Origin: Hypanus sabinus
Lineage: Eukaryota
Reading direction: 5' to 3'
Length of the DNA: 64,000 nucleotides
Assembly (NCBI RefSeq): GCF_030144855.1
Contig: NC_082711.1
Coordinates: 60,140,001-60,204,000, forward strand
Position numbers and translations under genes: made by a program. Below are positions 1 to 11,859 of the stretch, piece after piece. The notes beneath the pieces are model-generated. The model made no database searches. It worked only from the letters and a program-made list of their open reading frames with translations, and had not been told where the DNA came from. Position 1 is the stretch's first letter. The number at the start of each line of letters is the position of its first letter.

Positions 1-125
1 AACACTTAATGATGATGGATATGAGTGCAACGGGACAGTAGTCATTTAGGCAGGACACTGAAGACTTCTTCAGCACAGGGACAAAGGTGGCGGCCTTGAA
101 GCACATTGGAACCGTGTGCTGCTCG
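1..125 (-). mobile_element. Rex-Babar LINE reverse-transcriptase fragment
   Basis: Minus strand translates to [37 protein letters not shown], matching the Rex1/Babar pre-RT motif (VP.CFK...I.PVPKK....LNDYRPVALT). Confidence 0.8.
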
Positions 126-624
126 GGGACCAGGGAAAGCTGGTCTGATGTGTGCTTTAAAATCCAGATTCCAGAGCTTCAGCGTTTTGGTAAGGATATG
201 AGGTGACTTTCAGGCACTGGGAAAAATGCAATTACACAATCTTTCCTTTTCCTATAAAATTAAGAAGTATACCTTGGAGAGGGTTTGTATGAAACAAAAT
301 GAGAAACTGAAATTAATCCAAATTTGTGACATATTACCAAAGCACAATGAATGGATTATAAATACTGCTGGTGAGAATGATCAGAAGAATTTGTAGATGT
401 TCTCAAAAATTCTGTCTACACAACAAAAAAGATCGAGTGTTGGAAGCTTCCTGGTAGACATTAGAATTGTAAATTAACTTTTGTTATGTAAGTAGTTAGA
501 ATTTCCAAATACATTTAATTGAAGAGAATGTCAGCCATATCAAGCTACCAAAGGTAAATCGTTCTGAGATTGCTACAATGATACAACAGGATGTGTAGTT
601 GCTAATAAAAATATTATAAAGTAA

Positions 625-1481
625 AGCAGTTTGGAGATCTATTGAGTGGTCGAATGCTTGGCTGTCTCCAGGAAGCAGTGAGCATGAGCTTCGAGGTGAA
701 GAAACTACCTCCGCGACACCATGCAATCTTATGTTTGACTTCATTTTGCCAATTAAAGCTTCCATTGATTAAAGCGACAAGGAAGATTAAAGCATCGAGA
801 CGAATGTGGAGAGGGCTGACTGCCAACTTCCGGTCGATGGTGGGATTTCTCTGCCACTGGAAAGGGAGCCTGTGTGGTCTATTGCAGTGTCCAGCGGGCA
901 GACCTCTGGGTCTGTCTCTTTCGATAATGTTGGAAGATGTTACTGAAGTTTCTGTCTTTATAGATTTGGATTATGGACTATGGATTTTTTCAGCCTTATG
1001 GTTTTTATATTCTGTATTTTTGCCTGTTCTTTCTTTTGGTGTCTTTTTCTGTGAAGGAGGAGGAGAATTTGGGGTTGATGTTCTTGTGCCATTTGGTGTG
1101 GGGGAGGGGGTTCAGGGGGTCAATGTCCTTGTTGCGATTTTGTTAATTTTTTGTGTGGAGAGACAAGGATTTGGAGAGGCCAGTGTTCTTGTTGCACTTC
1201 GTGCAGGGGGGTGGGGGCTTTCAGGGTCAATGTTCCTGTTGCATTTTTTGGGCAGGGAAAGGGAGATTTAGGGGCCGATGTTCTTGTTGCATTTCCTGTG
1301 GGAGGAGGGGTGTTGATCATCATGCTACCATTCTTTTATTGTGCAGGAGGGGGTGTGTTTGCTGTTTCTCTCTGAACTGACTTTCATGGTTTCTATTTGT
1401 TTTGTGGCTGTCTGGAGAAGAAGAATCTCAGAGTTGTACAATGCATACATACATCGATAATAAATGAACTTTTGAACCTTT
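625..1481 (+). mobile_element. Non-autonomous composite retroelement with VNTR and Rex-Babar-type 3' tail (copy 1)
   Basis: Ends in aatctcagagttgtac...gataataaatgaacttttgaacctttga, the tail that also ends Rex-Babar copies near 14800, 16996 and 41640. The body aligns by eye with 10985-11855(-) and 54655-55655(+). No RT coding. Confidence 0.65.
1071..1315 (+). repeat. G-rich degenerate tandem repeat (about 5-6 units of ~45-58 bp)
   Basis: Recurring ggggt(t/c)(g/a)atgttc(t/c)tgttgc...tgtg(g/c)ggagggg units starting near 1071, 1115, 1173, 1224 and 1271. Confidence 0.7.
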
Positions 1482-1854
1482 GATCTGACTAAGTACAATA
1501 AGTTGAAGGAATGGCCAACCACTTCATTGTTATTCAGTTACAGTTGTTTCAGATTGTGTTACCACTGTAACTGTGGCAATTGTTAAATAGTATTTTGATT
1601 TTGTTTCTTTTGAATAATGCCTTTGTATTATTTTGAATGATATACTGTCCAAAAAATATTTCTAACTCATATATTAAATTATGAACTTAGCACCTAAGGC
1701 CTCAAGTGATGCAAGATGTTGTTACATCTTCCCTGCTTAACTAAATCAAACTTCCTGCAGTAAAGTAGGGCTTTTATTTAACACATTTTTAGGTCAAAAT
1801 TTGTCTTCCTGAAATTTCTTTCCAGCTTGCCAGCCATGTATCAATAGCAATATA

Positions 1855-2385
1855 CAATCAGTGGCCACTTTTTTAGGTACACCCTAGAACCCGGTGTGGT
1901 CTTCTGCTGTAACCAGTCTACTTCAAGGTTCAATGAGTTGTGTTTTCAGAGTTGCTCGCCTGCCCATCCCTGTTGCAACACATGGTTATCTGAGTTACTG
2001 ATGTCTTCCTGTCAGCTCGAACCAGTCTGATTATTCTCCTCTGACCTCTTCTATTAGCAAGGCTTTTACTCCCACAGAACTGCCGTTCACCAGACGATTG
2101 TTGTTTTTCACACCATTCTCTGTAAATTTTTGTGCGTAAAAATCCCAGATCAGTAGCTTCTGTGATACTTCAACAGCCCTGTCTGACACCAGACATCATT
2201 CCATGGTCAAAGTCACTTTGATCATATTTATTCTCCTTTCTGATGTTTGTTCTGAAGAACAACTGAACCTCTTGAACATTTCTGCATTCTTTTATGCATC
2301 AACTTGCTGTCACATGATTGGCTAATTAGAAAAGTGCATTAATGAGTGGGTGTATAGGTGTACCTAATAAAGTGGCCACTGAGTA
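1855..2385. mobile_element. Tc1/mariner-type non-autonomous DNA transposon (MITE)
   Basis: Terminal inverted repeats ca(a)tcagtggccactttt(t)aggtacacc ... ggtgtacctaataaagtggccactgagt, with TA on both flanks. Confidence 0.85.
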
Positions 2386-2819
2386 TATATTCTAAAGACA
2401 ATCAGCTCGAGAACTCTATCATTTTTCTTAGCTCAATGGTCATCTTCATATTAACCATTGTCTACCAAGCATCAAACTGTAACTTTCTTCAGAGTGCCAG
2501 AAATTCTTGGCCATAAGTTTTCAGTCTCTACCCTAAACTTGTTTCTTATTCCAGTAACTCTGAACTTTTCAATCACTTGGTAATGCTGAACTGTTCAATT
2601 TTGTTTCATTCTGTTCCAATGTTAACCTTGTTTAAATCTGATTCTGTTATTTCAGTGTCCTATTTTCAGGTTTTTGTTTCTCATATTCCATAAACTCCAA
2701 CTCATCGAAAATGCAACAACCTATGCATTTTACAACAGGTCCCATTCACACCATTGGAAACTCCCCTGAATCCTTGTTTCCTCAACCTGACCTACCCATG
2801 GGGAAACTGAAATCAATGG

Positions 2820-3070
2820 AATTGGTATCGAATTGGCTTATTATTATCACATGTACTGACAGACAGTGAAAAGCTCAGTTCATTACATGGAGGTTGTACA
2901 AGGTAAAACAATAACCAAATGCAGAATGAAGTGTACTGCAACCAAGAAAGTGCAGTGCAGGCAGATAGTATGGTGCAAGATCATAATGGAATAGATTGTA
3001 AGGTCAAGGGTCCATCTTGTTGTACTGGGATGGAAACATTTACTAATCTTATAACAGCAAGTAGAAAGTT
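2820..3070 (-). mobile_element. Rex-Babar LINE 3'UTR fragment
   Basis: Similar to 20881-21245 (ttattattgtcacat...acagtgaaaa...aaaacaataac...agtgcaggcaga), which runs into Rex-Babar-like C-terminal sequence. Confidence 0.55.
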
Positions 3071-3526
3071 AATGAAAGATAATGTTGGGTGGATGTAAAT
3101 GAATTATGAATTTTATTCTCTTAGATGATAAAACTATTTGTCTCTGATGTTGTCTGAAATCCCATCTTTTTATCAATACTGGTGGTGGGACTTAAATACA
3201 GTGTTCTCCCTTTTCCAAAGAAGTTATATATTCCTGTTCCTGCTTCAGTTTTTTTACTTGCACCTTTACCATAGAAACAAGTCCCTTAAGATATTCAATT
3301 TCAAAAACCTGCTTTTCTGTTTATGCCACATATTCTGAATAAACATACATAATAAAAATTATTGATTTCAGAGAGAACTTTTCAAATTTTCAGCATCTGA
3401 AAAAGAGACCTTTATTTTTATCCCCCTTCTTTATTTTACCATCAAATGATTATATTTAAATTTAATTTTCAGATTTTAGTTCCTTGTTCTGAATTCCCAA
3501 AGTTGAAATAGCTCTCTATTATCATA

Positions 3527-3650
3527 AAGACAAGAGATGCTACAACTGCTGGAAATCCAGAGTAACACCCACAAACTCATCAACTCAGGCAGTATCTACA
3601 TGGAGGAATCAAGAGTTGATGTTTCAGGCTAATATTCTTCATCAAAACTG
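3527..3650 (-). mobile_element. Penelope-like element terminal repeat fragment with degenerate hammerhead motif
   Basis: Homologous to 4205-4305, 26627-26760 and 40290-40410. The minus strand reads cagtt-ttgatga-agaatattagcct-gaaacatc-aactc. Confidence 0.6.
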
Positions 3651-3699
3651 TGTGTGTGTTCTCCATTACCAATTTCCTTAATTAATTAGATCACTTAGA

Positions 3700-4050
3700 G
3701 GTATATATATTTGTGAAGGGACACAGATAGAGTAACACACACTGTCTTTTTTCCCAGTGCTGAGCAATCAAGAACTTAGGTGAGAAGGGGAAAAAATTAA
3801 TAGGAACCTGAGGGCAAAACTTTTCACCCAGAGGATGAGCAGTAAATGGAATGTGATGCCAAAGGAAGTGATTGAGGCAGCTACGCTAACTACATTCATA
3901 AGGGATCTGAATAGGTGTTTGGATAGAAAAGGATTAGAGGGATATAGCCCAAATGTGGGCAAATGGGAATAACTCAGATGGAAATCTTAGTCAGCATGGA
4001 CCAGTTTGGCTGATGGACCCATTTCCATGCTGTTTGACCCTATGACTCAT
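3700..4050 (+). mobile_element. CR1 LINE 3' fragment
   Basis: ttttcacccagaggatg...tggaatg...gagggatatagcccaaatg, followed by the CR1 tail ccatttccatgctgtttgaccctatgact. Confidence 0.75.
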
Positions 4051-4204
4051 AATCTTAAAAACTAAAAGCAAGTTAACATTGTGGAAGCTATTTGCTCTTC
4101 TTTGCAACTTCATCAGTTACAGTATCAGTTTTTGCCCACCTACCTCCCTGTGTCTCTTTTTCTCTCTCTGTTCATGGCTCACGGCCCATCTTCCTATCTA
4201 TTGC

Positions 4205-4812
4205 AACACACACAAAATGTTGGAGGAAATCAGCGTGTCAAACTGCATCTATGGAAATGATTAAACAATTGGCGTTTTGGGACAAGACCCTTCTTCAGGA
4301 CTGGAAAGAAAGGGGGAAGATGCTAGAAAAAATGGAGAGTGGAGGGAGGGGAAGGAGGACTAGCTGGAAGATGATAGCTGAAACGACGTGGGCAGGAAAG
4401 GTAAAGGGCTGGAGAAGAAGGAATCTGATAGGAGAGGAGAGAGGACAATGGAAGAAAGGGAAGAAGGAAAGGACCGGGGGGGGGGGGTGTGATAGGCTTG
4501 CTCTTCCAATATGAGAGTGTCCTCATCATGGCAAAAGAGGAAGCCATGGACTGATAAGTTGAAATGGGAATAGGGATAGGAATTGAAATGGCTGGCCACT
4601 TGGAAATTCTGATTTTGTCAAATGGTTTGGAGGTGTTTGACAAAACATTCCCTCTATTTACACTGGGTTTCACTAATGTAGAGGAGGCCACATCCAGAAC
4701 AATATATACAATAGAGGGCCTCTGGGGGGGGATGAATGGATAAGGGAATCATGGAAGGAGCAATCTCCGTGGAAAGCAGAGAGTGGGCAGGGGAGGTAGA
4801 GTTTGATGGTAG
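4205..4812 (-). mobile_element. Penelope-like element, GIY-YIG endonuclease end plus terminal repeat (3' part)
   Basis: Minus strand gives GLLYISETQ..., VASHFNS and TLILEEQ remnants. Terminal repeat with ccagtc-ctgaaga-agggtc...ccc-aaaacgcc at ~4271-4304. Confidence 0.75.
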
Positions 4813-5027
4813 TGAAGGGTAATGTAATTGGGAGAAATGTACCTAATTCTCAACCACTGATACTGAGTTGGGGTTTCGCTTTAAGAGGCTGGTCTGAGGT
4901 GGTGATGTTTGTTACATAAGGATTTCTGGCGTGCCTTGGCTGTGAGGGTTTTGGAGTTCAATGAAATGTGTCACGGGTTTCATTAAGCATAAAATGTCTC
5001 ACTTAATTTCATTTGCATTAACCTACA
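4813..5027 (+). repeat. 5' LTR of the Gypsy element
   Basis: TG...CA ends; direct repeat of 8632-8839 (shared aaccactgag...ctttaagaggctgg...ttttggagttcaat.aaatgtgtca...atttgcat). Confidence 0.85.
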
Positions 5028-8000
5028 TCGATGACCCCAATACTGTAGGACAATTTTAGGAGTTATTGAACATGTCAGCCAACACTGTCACTCTGAAACT
5101 TCTGGAGTTTTGGAGTTCAAAATGCCGCCACTTGATTCATACAAACTGAAGCCCAGTTTGAATCTCTGTGTTTGACACCAAATTCTACTATGTGGTAGTG
5201 TCACTCAGCAATTCCGTGGCGGTGAGAATGGTGAGTCGGCTTGAACACCTGCCTGAACACAATAAATACCAATCACTGAAAACTCACCTTTTACAGACTT
5301 TAGGACTTCTGGAGTCTAAACGCGGCAAACAGTTGCTCTCCTTACCAAGACTGTGTGATGGTAATCCTTCGGAGCTAATGGACCACATGCTGTCTCTCCT
5401 GAGAAATCACATCCCTGTTTTATTTTTAAAGAACTGTTCATACAACACATCCCTGATTCAGTTTGTGTAGTTCTTGCTAATGCACCTGTGAAGGACTATA
5501 GGGAGCTTGATAGGATGGCTGATAGTCTACACTGGCTAAGCAGCAATGCAACATTCTTCCTCCTTTCTCTGCCTCGATAAGCCCAGTCAGCAAGGCCCCC
5601 AGTGTAAGGATGCCCATGGCTGCGAAACAGATGATGCAGGGCCTATGCTTTTACCATGCTCGCTTTGGTAGGAATGCCAGGAAGTGCCGACCGCCTTGCT
5701 GCTTCGACAGTGCCAGCGCATCAGGATATCAGAGGTCTGTGAACACCGTGGGTTCCAGCCAGGATCATCTACTGTACATTACAGACACCGGGCAGTGCTT
5801 CCTGTGGGACAGGGGTGCTCAAGTGAGAGTGCTACCAGCATCACCTGTTGACAAGAAGGCAAAGAGCAATAAAACCTCACTGGAGGCTGCCAATAGCTGC
5901 AAGATCCAGACTTACAGGACACGATGGGTGACGTTCTGCTTCAGTGGTTGACGTTACAGATAGGACTTTGTCCTGGCTAAAGTAGCCAGACCTCTGCTCG
6001 GTGCAGATTCCCTGTGTACCTAAAGACTGTTAGTCTTATGAACTGCTGGCTGATGGATGTCAAGGACTTTGTGTTATTACCTGGCAACCCCAGTAAATTC
6101 CACACAACAACCCTGTCAAGTGTATGCACTACCACATCTGAGTTTACTCGACTGCTGGATGAATTCCCAGACCTCACCACGCTCACGATCTCCACTACAG
6201 TCAGAAGACATGGGGTTGAATACCACGTTCCCACAATTGGCCCACCAGTCTAGACTGGACTCAGAAAATTTGGCAACTGCAAAGGCTGGGTTTGCCCACA
6301 ATGGAAAGACTTGGCATTGTACACTGGTCAAATAGCCCCTGGGCTTCACCCCTCTGTACTATGCCTAAGTCTGGTGGTGGTTGCTGCCCAAATGGAGATT
6401 ACTGACGCCTTGACGAGGCCACCACCCTCGATCTCTATCTGGTCTCTTTGGCATATTTAGCTGGAAAGTTAATTTTTTCCAAAGTCAATCTAGTTAGTGC
6501 TACCATCAGGAGACTGAATACTTGGAGAACATTCCCAAAACTGTTGCAGTAACCCATTTGCCCTTTCTGAGTTTCTGTGCATGTGATTTGGACTGTACAA
6601 TGCAGCACAGACTTCCCAGTGGCTGATAGACTCTGTATTAAATAACCTACATTTTCTTTTTGTTTATCTGGATGACATACTTGTCACCAGTGTGTACAAA
6701 TCCAGATAAATATCTCATCTCCGCACACTTTTTGAGAACTTAAGCCAATATGGGTTGATTATTAATCCTGCTAAATACCATTTTGGGTTGTCAACCATTG
6801 ACTTTCTCAGCCATCAACTCTCTGCAGAAGGTACAAAACCCCTCCCATCAAAGATAATTGCTATTATAGATTACCACTGCTTTGCACTGCAAATAAACTA
6901 CAGGGGTTCTGAGGCATGGTGAATTTCTATCATCGCTTCAATCAGTGAGTGAACTTCTGTTCCCCTGCTTAAAGGCAATACCCCTAATCAAGTGCTTGAC
7001 TGGTCAGCAGGCATGACCAGGGCATTTGATGACACCAAACAAGCTCTTTATATCGTGACCCTACTTGCACACCCACAGCCATTGCAACTGATGCCTCAGC
7101 TGTGGGTGCAGTGCATGGAGTCGTGTGGCAAATGCTCACCGTCTTCATTTGGCAGCTCCATCCCCTGGAAAGGAAGGACAGCACATTTGACCGTGATCTT
7201 TTTGGTCTCTATCTGGTTGTCTGCCGTTTTTATTTTCTTCTCGAGTGTCGCCAGTTCACAGCGTTCGTTGACTATAAACCCCTTGTGCACATGATGGCCA
7301 AAATATCAGACAATGCCAAAGAGTTACAGCCTGAAAAGTTGACTGTACTCTTTTCCTGGCTTGCTCAGTTTCTTCAGGAATTTGTGTGTGTATATCAGAC
7401 CCTTGTTCTGCAAGGCTGCAACACCACCTGGCGTACATATCCGAGTTCAGAACAAGGGGAAAAATAATACTATGGCCAATTAACTCCCATGGCCAGCTGT
7501 TGATGCCATTAACACAGGGGTTGATTATGCTGGCATGGCAATTAACCAGGTTACTGTCCCAGAGGTCCAGGCTTACTGAACAGCAGTTATGGGTCTGTGG
7601 TTGACTGACATTAAGTTCCAGGAAGCTGGTGTTTCTCTCCTGTGCGATGTCTCAATCAGTCTCCCTGACCCACTGTGCCCACAAAATGGAGATGGATTGT
7701 TTGCAGATTCATACATGCCCTATGCATCTCGGCTGGAAGGCCTCACAGAAACTGGCTGCACTAAAGTTTATTTGGCACGGCCTCAGAAAGGATGCGTGTG
7801 ATTGGATTACAGCCTGTGTGGAGTGTCAGGAGTTCATCAGCATCTGATGTTTCCTCTGACGTTCCCTCTGACCACGGTCTCTAATTCATTCAGGCCTCTG
7901 GACTGTGATGCCCAGAAACTCAGTGTAGGCTATATCACACCATGGTGTATCACCTGTATTCCAGCGGGTTCCCTGCTCCTTAAAGGCCCCTCTGAGGGCT

Positions 8001-8631
8001 TCCCTGACTGATGAATGTAGGCATGATTGGTTCCCATGGGTCCCACTGGGGCTCAGAACAGTTCCGAAGGAGAACCTGCAGTCGTTCATGGTTGAGTTGG
8101 CATACGGACGGCCATTACAAGTGCCAGGTGATTTCATTCCTGATGCCATGATGCCTGGTCAGCTTAGCAATAGCATCCCACCCTCTTCAGTAAATCCAAT
8201 TCCTTTTCATCTATTCCTACCTTCCATCAGGGTGTACTGCACTCTTGGGTCCCTGTTTACCTAAGTTCTGCCTCTTTTGTTTTTGTTCACCATGATGCAC
8301 ACCGACATCCCCTTAGGCCCCCCTTACAATGGCCCTTTCCACGGTTTGCAACAAAGAGAAAAGACTTTTATCGTAGATAAGAGGGGTAAAACTGAACATA
8401 TTTCAGTAGATTGCTTTAAACCAGCACACCAAGATTTGGAGTTTTCCACTGCCATCCCCTGGTGTCACAATGTGACCATGAGTGTGTGTAAGCACCTCTG
8501 GACAAGCCAGAGACACCTGTGATTCCTCTGGCCACGGAACAAATGACCCAAGCAAAGCAGCTTGTCTTAGCTCCGGACAGACTCACGATGCCGGTTTTAG
8601 TGAATTCTGTGGGGGTTGGGGGAGGGCCCTG

Positions 8632-8839
8632 TGTAGGGTAACATAATTGGCAGAAACGTACATAATTCACAACCACTGAGTTGCCGTTTCACTTTAAGAG
8701 GCTGGCCTGACATGAAGACATTGTTACGTAAGGATTTTTAGTGCGCTTTAGTTGTGTAGGTTTTGGAGTTCAATAAAATGTGTCATGGGATTCGTTAAAC
8801 ATAATACGCCTCAGTTAGTTTTATTTGCATAAGCCTGAA
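8632..8839 (+). repeat. 3' LTR of the Gypsy element
   Basis: Follows the polypurine tract, starts tgtagggtaa, and is homologous to 4813-5027; the 3' CA has decayed. Confidence 0.85.
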
Positions 8840-9505
8840 GGAGGTTCCTGTGGAAGATGACGTAAGTTGTGAAGAATGATGTGTTGAATGCAGAGGCTCA
8901 TGGGGTGATAGGTGAGGACAAGTGGAACTTTGTCCATTAAGATAGCGGGAAGATGCATTGCGCGTGGATGTCCAGGAAATGGAGGAGTTGCAGTAGAGGG
9001 AAGCATCAATTGCAGAGGAAGGGAGAACCCGTTTTTTGATGTCTGAGAAAGGAAAACCTCATTCTAGGAACAGATGTGGTGGAGGCGAAGGAACTGAGAA
9101 TAAGGAATAGCATTTTTGCAAGAGACAAAGTAAGAAGAGATGCAATTAAGATAGCCGTGAAAATTGGTAGGTTTATAAAAGATGATGGTAGACAGTTTGT
9201 CTCTGGAGATAGAAACAGTGAGATTGAGAAAGGTGGGGGGTGTCAGAAATGAACCAAGGGAATTTAAGGGTAGGTTGGAAATTGGAGGCAAAGTTAATGA
9301 AATTGACAGGCTAAGCAAGGGTGCATGAAGCAGCACTAATGCAGTCCTCAATGTTGTGCAGAAAGAGTTGTGGAGCATTATCAGGGAAAGCTTGGAACAT
9401 GGTCTGTTCTATCTGACCAACAACATGGCAGGCATAATTGATGTCCATGCAAGTGCCAATGACTACTCCTTGAGAAAGTCGTAGGAACCGAAGGAGAAAT
9501 TGTTG
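8840..9505 (-). mobile_element. Penelope-like element RT region (continuation of 4205-4812)
   Basis: Minus ORFs contain FYKPTNFHGYL...SCKNAIPYSQFLRLHHICS and DKVPLVLTYHP, which are diagnostic PLE RT/linker motifs. Confidence 0.85.
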
Positions 9506-10984
9506 ATTCTTTCTTTCTATCAATTCCTATTTATAAAGTTTGTTTTTCTAATGTTAACAATGCTAAAGAAATTGCTGTCACCATTTTTATTTCCTTCAAA
9601 ATTTGTGTTTCAAAAATATAGTATTTCACAAATTTTCTCAGATCATGGTCTGGTGAAGAATACATACGGTATCATGCACTACAGTAGCAAATGTCCTGTA
9701 CGTCCTAGAGATCTGAACAGGTTCAGATACTGGAGTGAATACAGCACAATATCATAGACAGGCTCATCCTTTATGTTCATGGCCACCTCAATTTCTCCAG
9801 AAAGAAGGTTTCTCTTTTCTTCTGTTTTTATATTTTTAATTCTTTTCTATTGAGGATGTTGGCTGTTTATAGGGTTTATTGTTTATCTTCCAGGAGCTTT
9901 TTATTTGCGATAGGCAGCAATTTACTTTCAGAAACACATCTCTTGTTGCAATTTCTGCCATCTGCTTTGCCATAAAAATTCATTGAAAAATCAGTCTCAT
10001 CTTAAAAATTCAGAGTCAATGCTAATCTAGATAAAGCTTAATTCAAAACTTCATTTAGCTTGGGAAGGTTCAGAAAGCTGCAAATTACTGAATACATTGA
10101 AGTTTGCCAAAATCAACATTAATCTTCAATTGCTATCTCCACTTCTGAGTGCCTGGCGGTGAAGAGACTTCTGATAATATCACTCATCTAAAATCACTGT
10201 CAAAGATCTAATAAATTTAAGCACTAGAGAATCCACAATGAATTGAAGCAAATTCATAGCATGACATGCTGGTGACAGAATTCAATAAAAATTCATCACC
10301 TTTAGTTCCATTTTCCATCCTGCTCTCCGTATGTGACTCTTCACTTCCTTCACACCTCTATCTTACATCACTAGTTAAGTTAACTGTCAAAGCCAAGTGC
10401 TGGAAAAATGCTTCTACTGTGGCCTCCAAATATAGAGCGAAGAAAAATTTGCAAACTGAAGAAGAAAATTTGGAATTGATGAGTCATTCTGGAAGAGTGC
10501 AGGCACGGACACAATGAGACAAGTGGCTTCCTTCTGTGCTGCTACTGTTCCATGATTCCCTATGTCCACCAGATCCCACAGGCATCATTTCCCACTATAG
10601 TTTGTGTAAGGATTCCATTCTCCCAGTTTCACTGTCCCCATTGTATCTAATCGGATGATGAGAATTTCCACACCAGTATCCTTAAGGTATCTTCTTTTCT
10701 CCTTAAACTTGCTTCCCCCTCTATCACATTGGTAGGCATATAAAGAGACAGTCAACATTTTTGGTTCTGTGCTAGTAAATTTTGCCAATTGTTGGCTGCT
10801 GCAGGGTTGTTCTACAGGATGAAAGGGATTTAGATGTTCTTTTTGACAACAACCTTTAGGGCAAAATCTGGTTTGGATATTTAACAACACCATCTTGCCT
10901 CATTTAGTGCCTCTGATATAGAAAAATGTGCACTAATGCACATCCCAAAGATTTATTCTGACAAGAATAGATGCTATGCTACAG

Positions 10985-11855
10985 AAGATCAAATGTTCAT
11001 TTATTATCAAAGCATGTATCCATATACAACTTGAAATTTGTATTCTCCAGGTTGCCGCATGAACTAGAAAGAACATGAATGCTGTTCAGAGAGCAACATC
11101 AAACCCACTCCTCCATACAAAAATGAATGGCATCCCGCTTATCAATCCGCAAAATCACCCTCCCCCCACACAAGCAAAATAGGAACACCAACCTCCTCTG
11201 CACAGATACTGACAGAGCACAACAGAACATCAGCCCCCTAAAACCCACCCCTCCCACAATATAATGGAAAAGGAACATGCGATAAGAAATCACAAAATAT
11301 AAAAACCATAAATCTGAAAAAAATCCACAGTCCATAAACGCAATAGTCCAATCCATAAACGCAGAACCACGGCACCATCCTACGAAATCTCCAACGTTCA
11401 TTAAAAGAGAAGAGAGGGACACCACACAAGGCAGAGAGGCCTACCTGTGTGCCACAGTGATAGGCCTCTCTCAGAATCCTCCAGCAGTGATCAAAAAGCA
11501 GGCAGTTGGGGCTGAAACTCTCACTCGCTACTGCATTTGCCTTGATGTCCCAATCTACCTCGAGGCTTTAATTGGTGTTTAATGGACACACCACCCTATA
11601 CACGAAGAAATTGATTCAAACATTGGCTAGTGTCCTGTCTCAAAGCTTCTTCACATTGAGGCTGTCTGAGTATGCACTCACCTTCCTGAATCTTCTTGGA
11701 GCCAGTAAAGCTCTGGATCACTCAAACAATCTCCAAACTGTAACAGTCTCAGAAACACATTTAAGGTGAAAAACAGATGTAAAGGAAGTAAAAAGAATAT
11801 TTTCGTGAACCATCTGGAAGATGTCGGCCTAGGGAGCATCTATCATTTTGACTGG
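10985..11855 (-). mobile_element. Non-autonomous composite retroelement with Rex-Babar tail (copy 2)
   Basis: On the minus strand it shares cagtttggagat..., ccaattaaagc...catcaagg and ggactgtggattttttcaga.ttatggtttttatatt with copy 1, has G-rich repeat units, and ends in ...ctttgataataaatgaac. Confidence 0.65.
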
Positions 11856-11859
11856 ATGA

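Larger units (their letters stand above)
4813..8839 (+). mobile_element. Degenerate full-length Ty3/Gypsy LTR retrotransposon (Mag-like gag)
   Basis: Paired LTRs (4813-5027, 8632-8839), PBS-like tcgatgacccc at 5028, PPT gggggttgggggaggg at 8611. Gag LCFYHARFGRNARKCRPPC, protease-like FLWDRGAQVRVLP, RT YLDDILV (~6665), then RNase H and integrase remnants. Many stops and frameshifts. Confidence 0.9.

Noticed and set aside
498-560. Possible micro-exon NFQIHLIEENVSHIKLPK|gtaaat
   Set aside because: There is no polypyrimidine tract, no partner exons and no recognisable homology.
642-1271. 209-aa hydrophobic ORF
   Set aside because: It lies wholly within a repeat element and its G/T-rich VNTR, the homologous copy at 10985-11855 does not keep the frame, and no known domain is visible.
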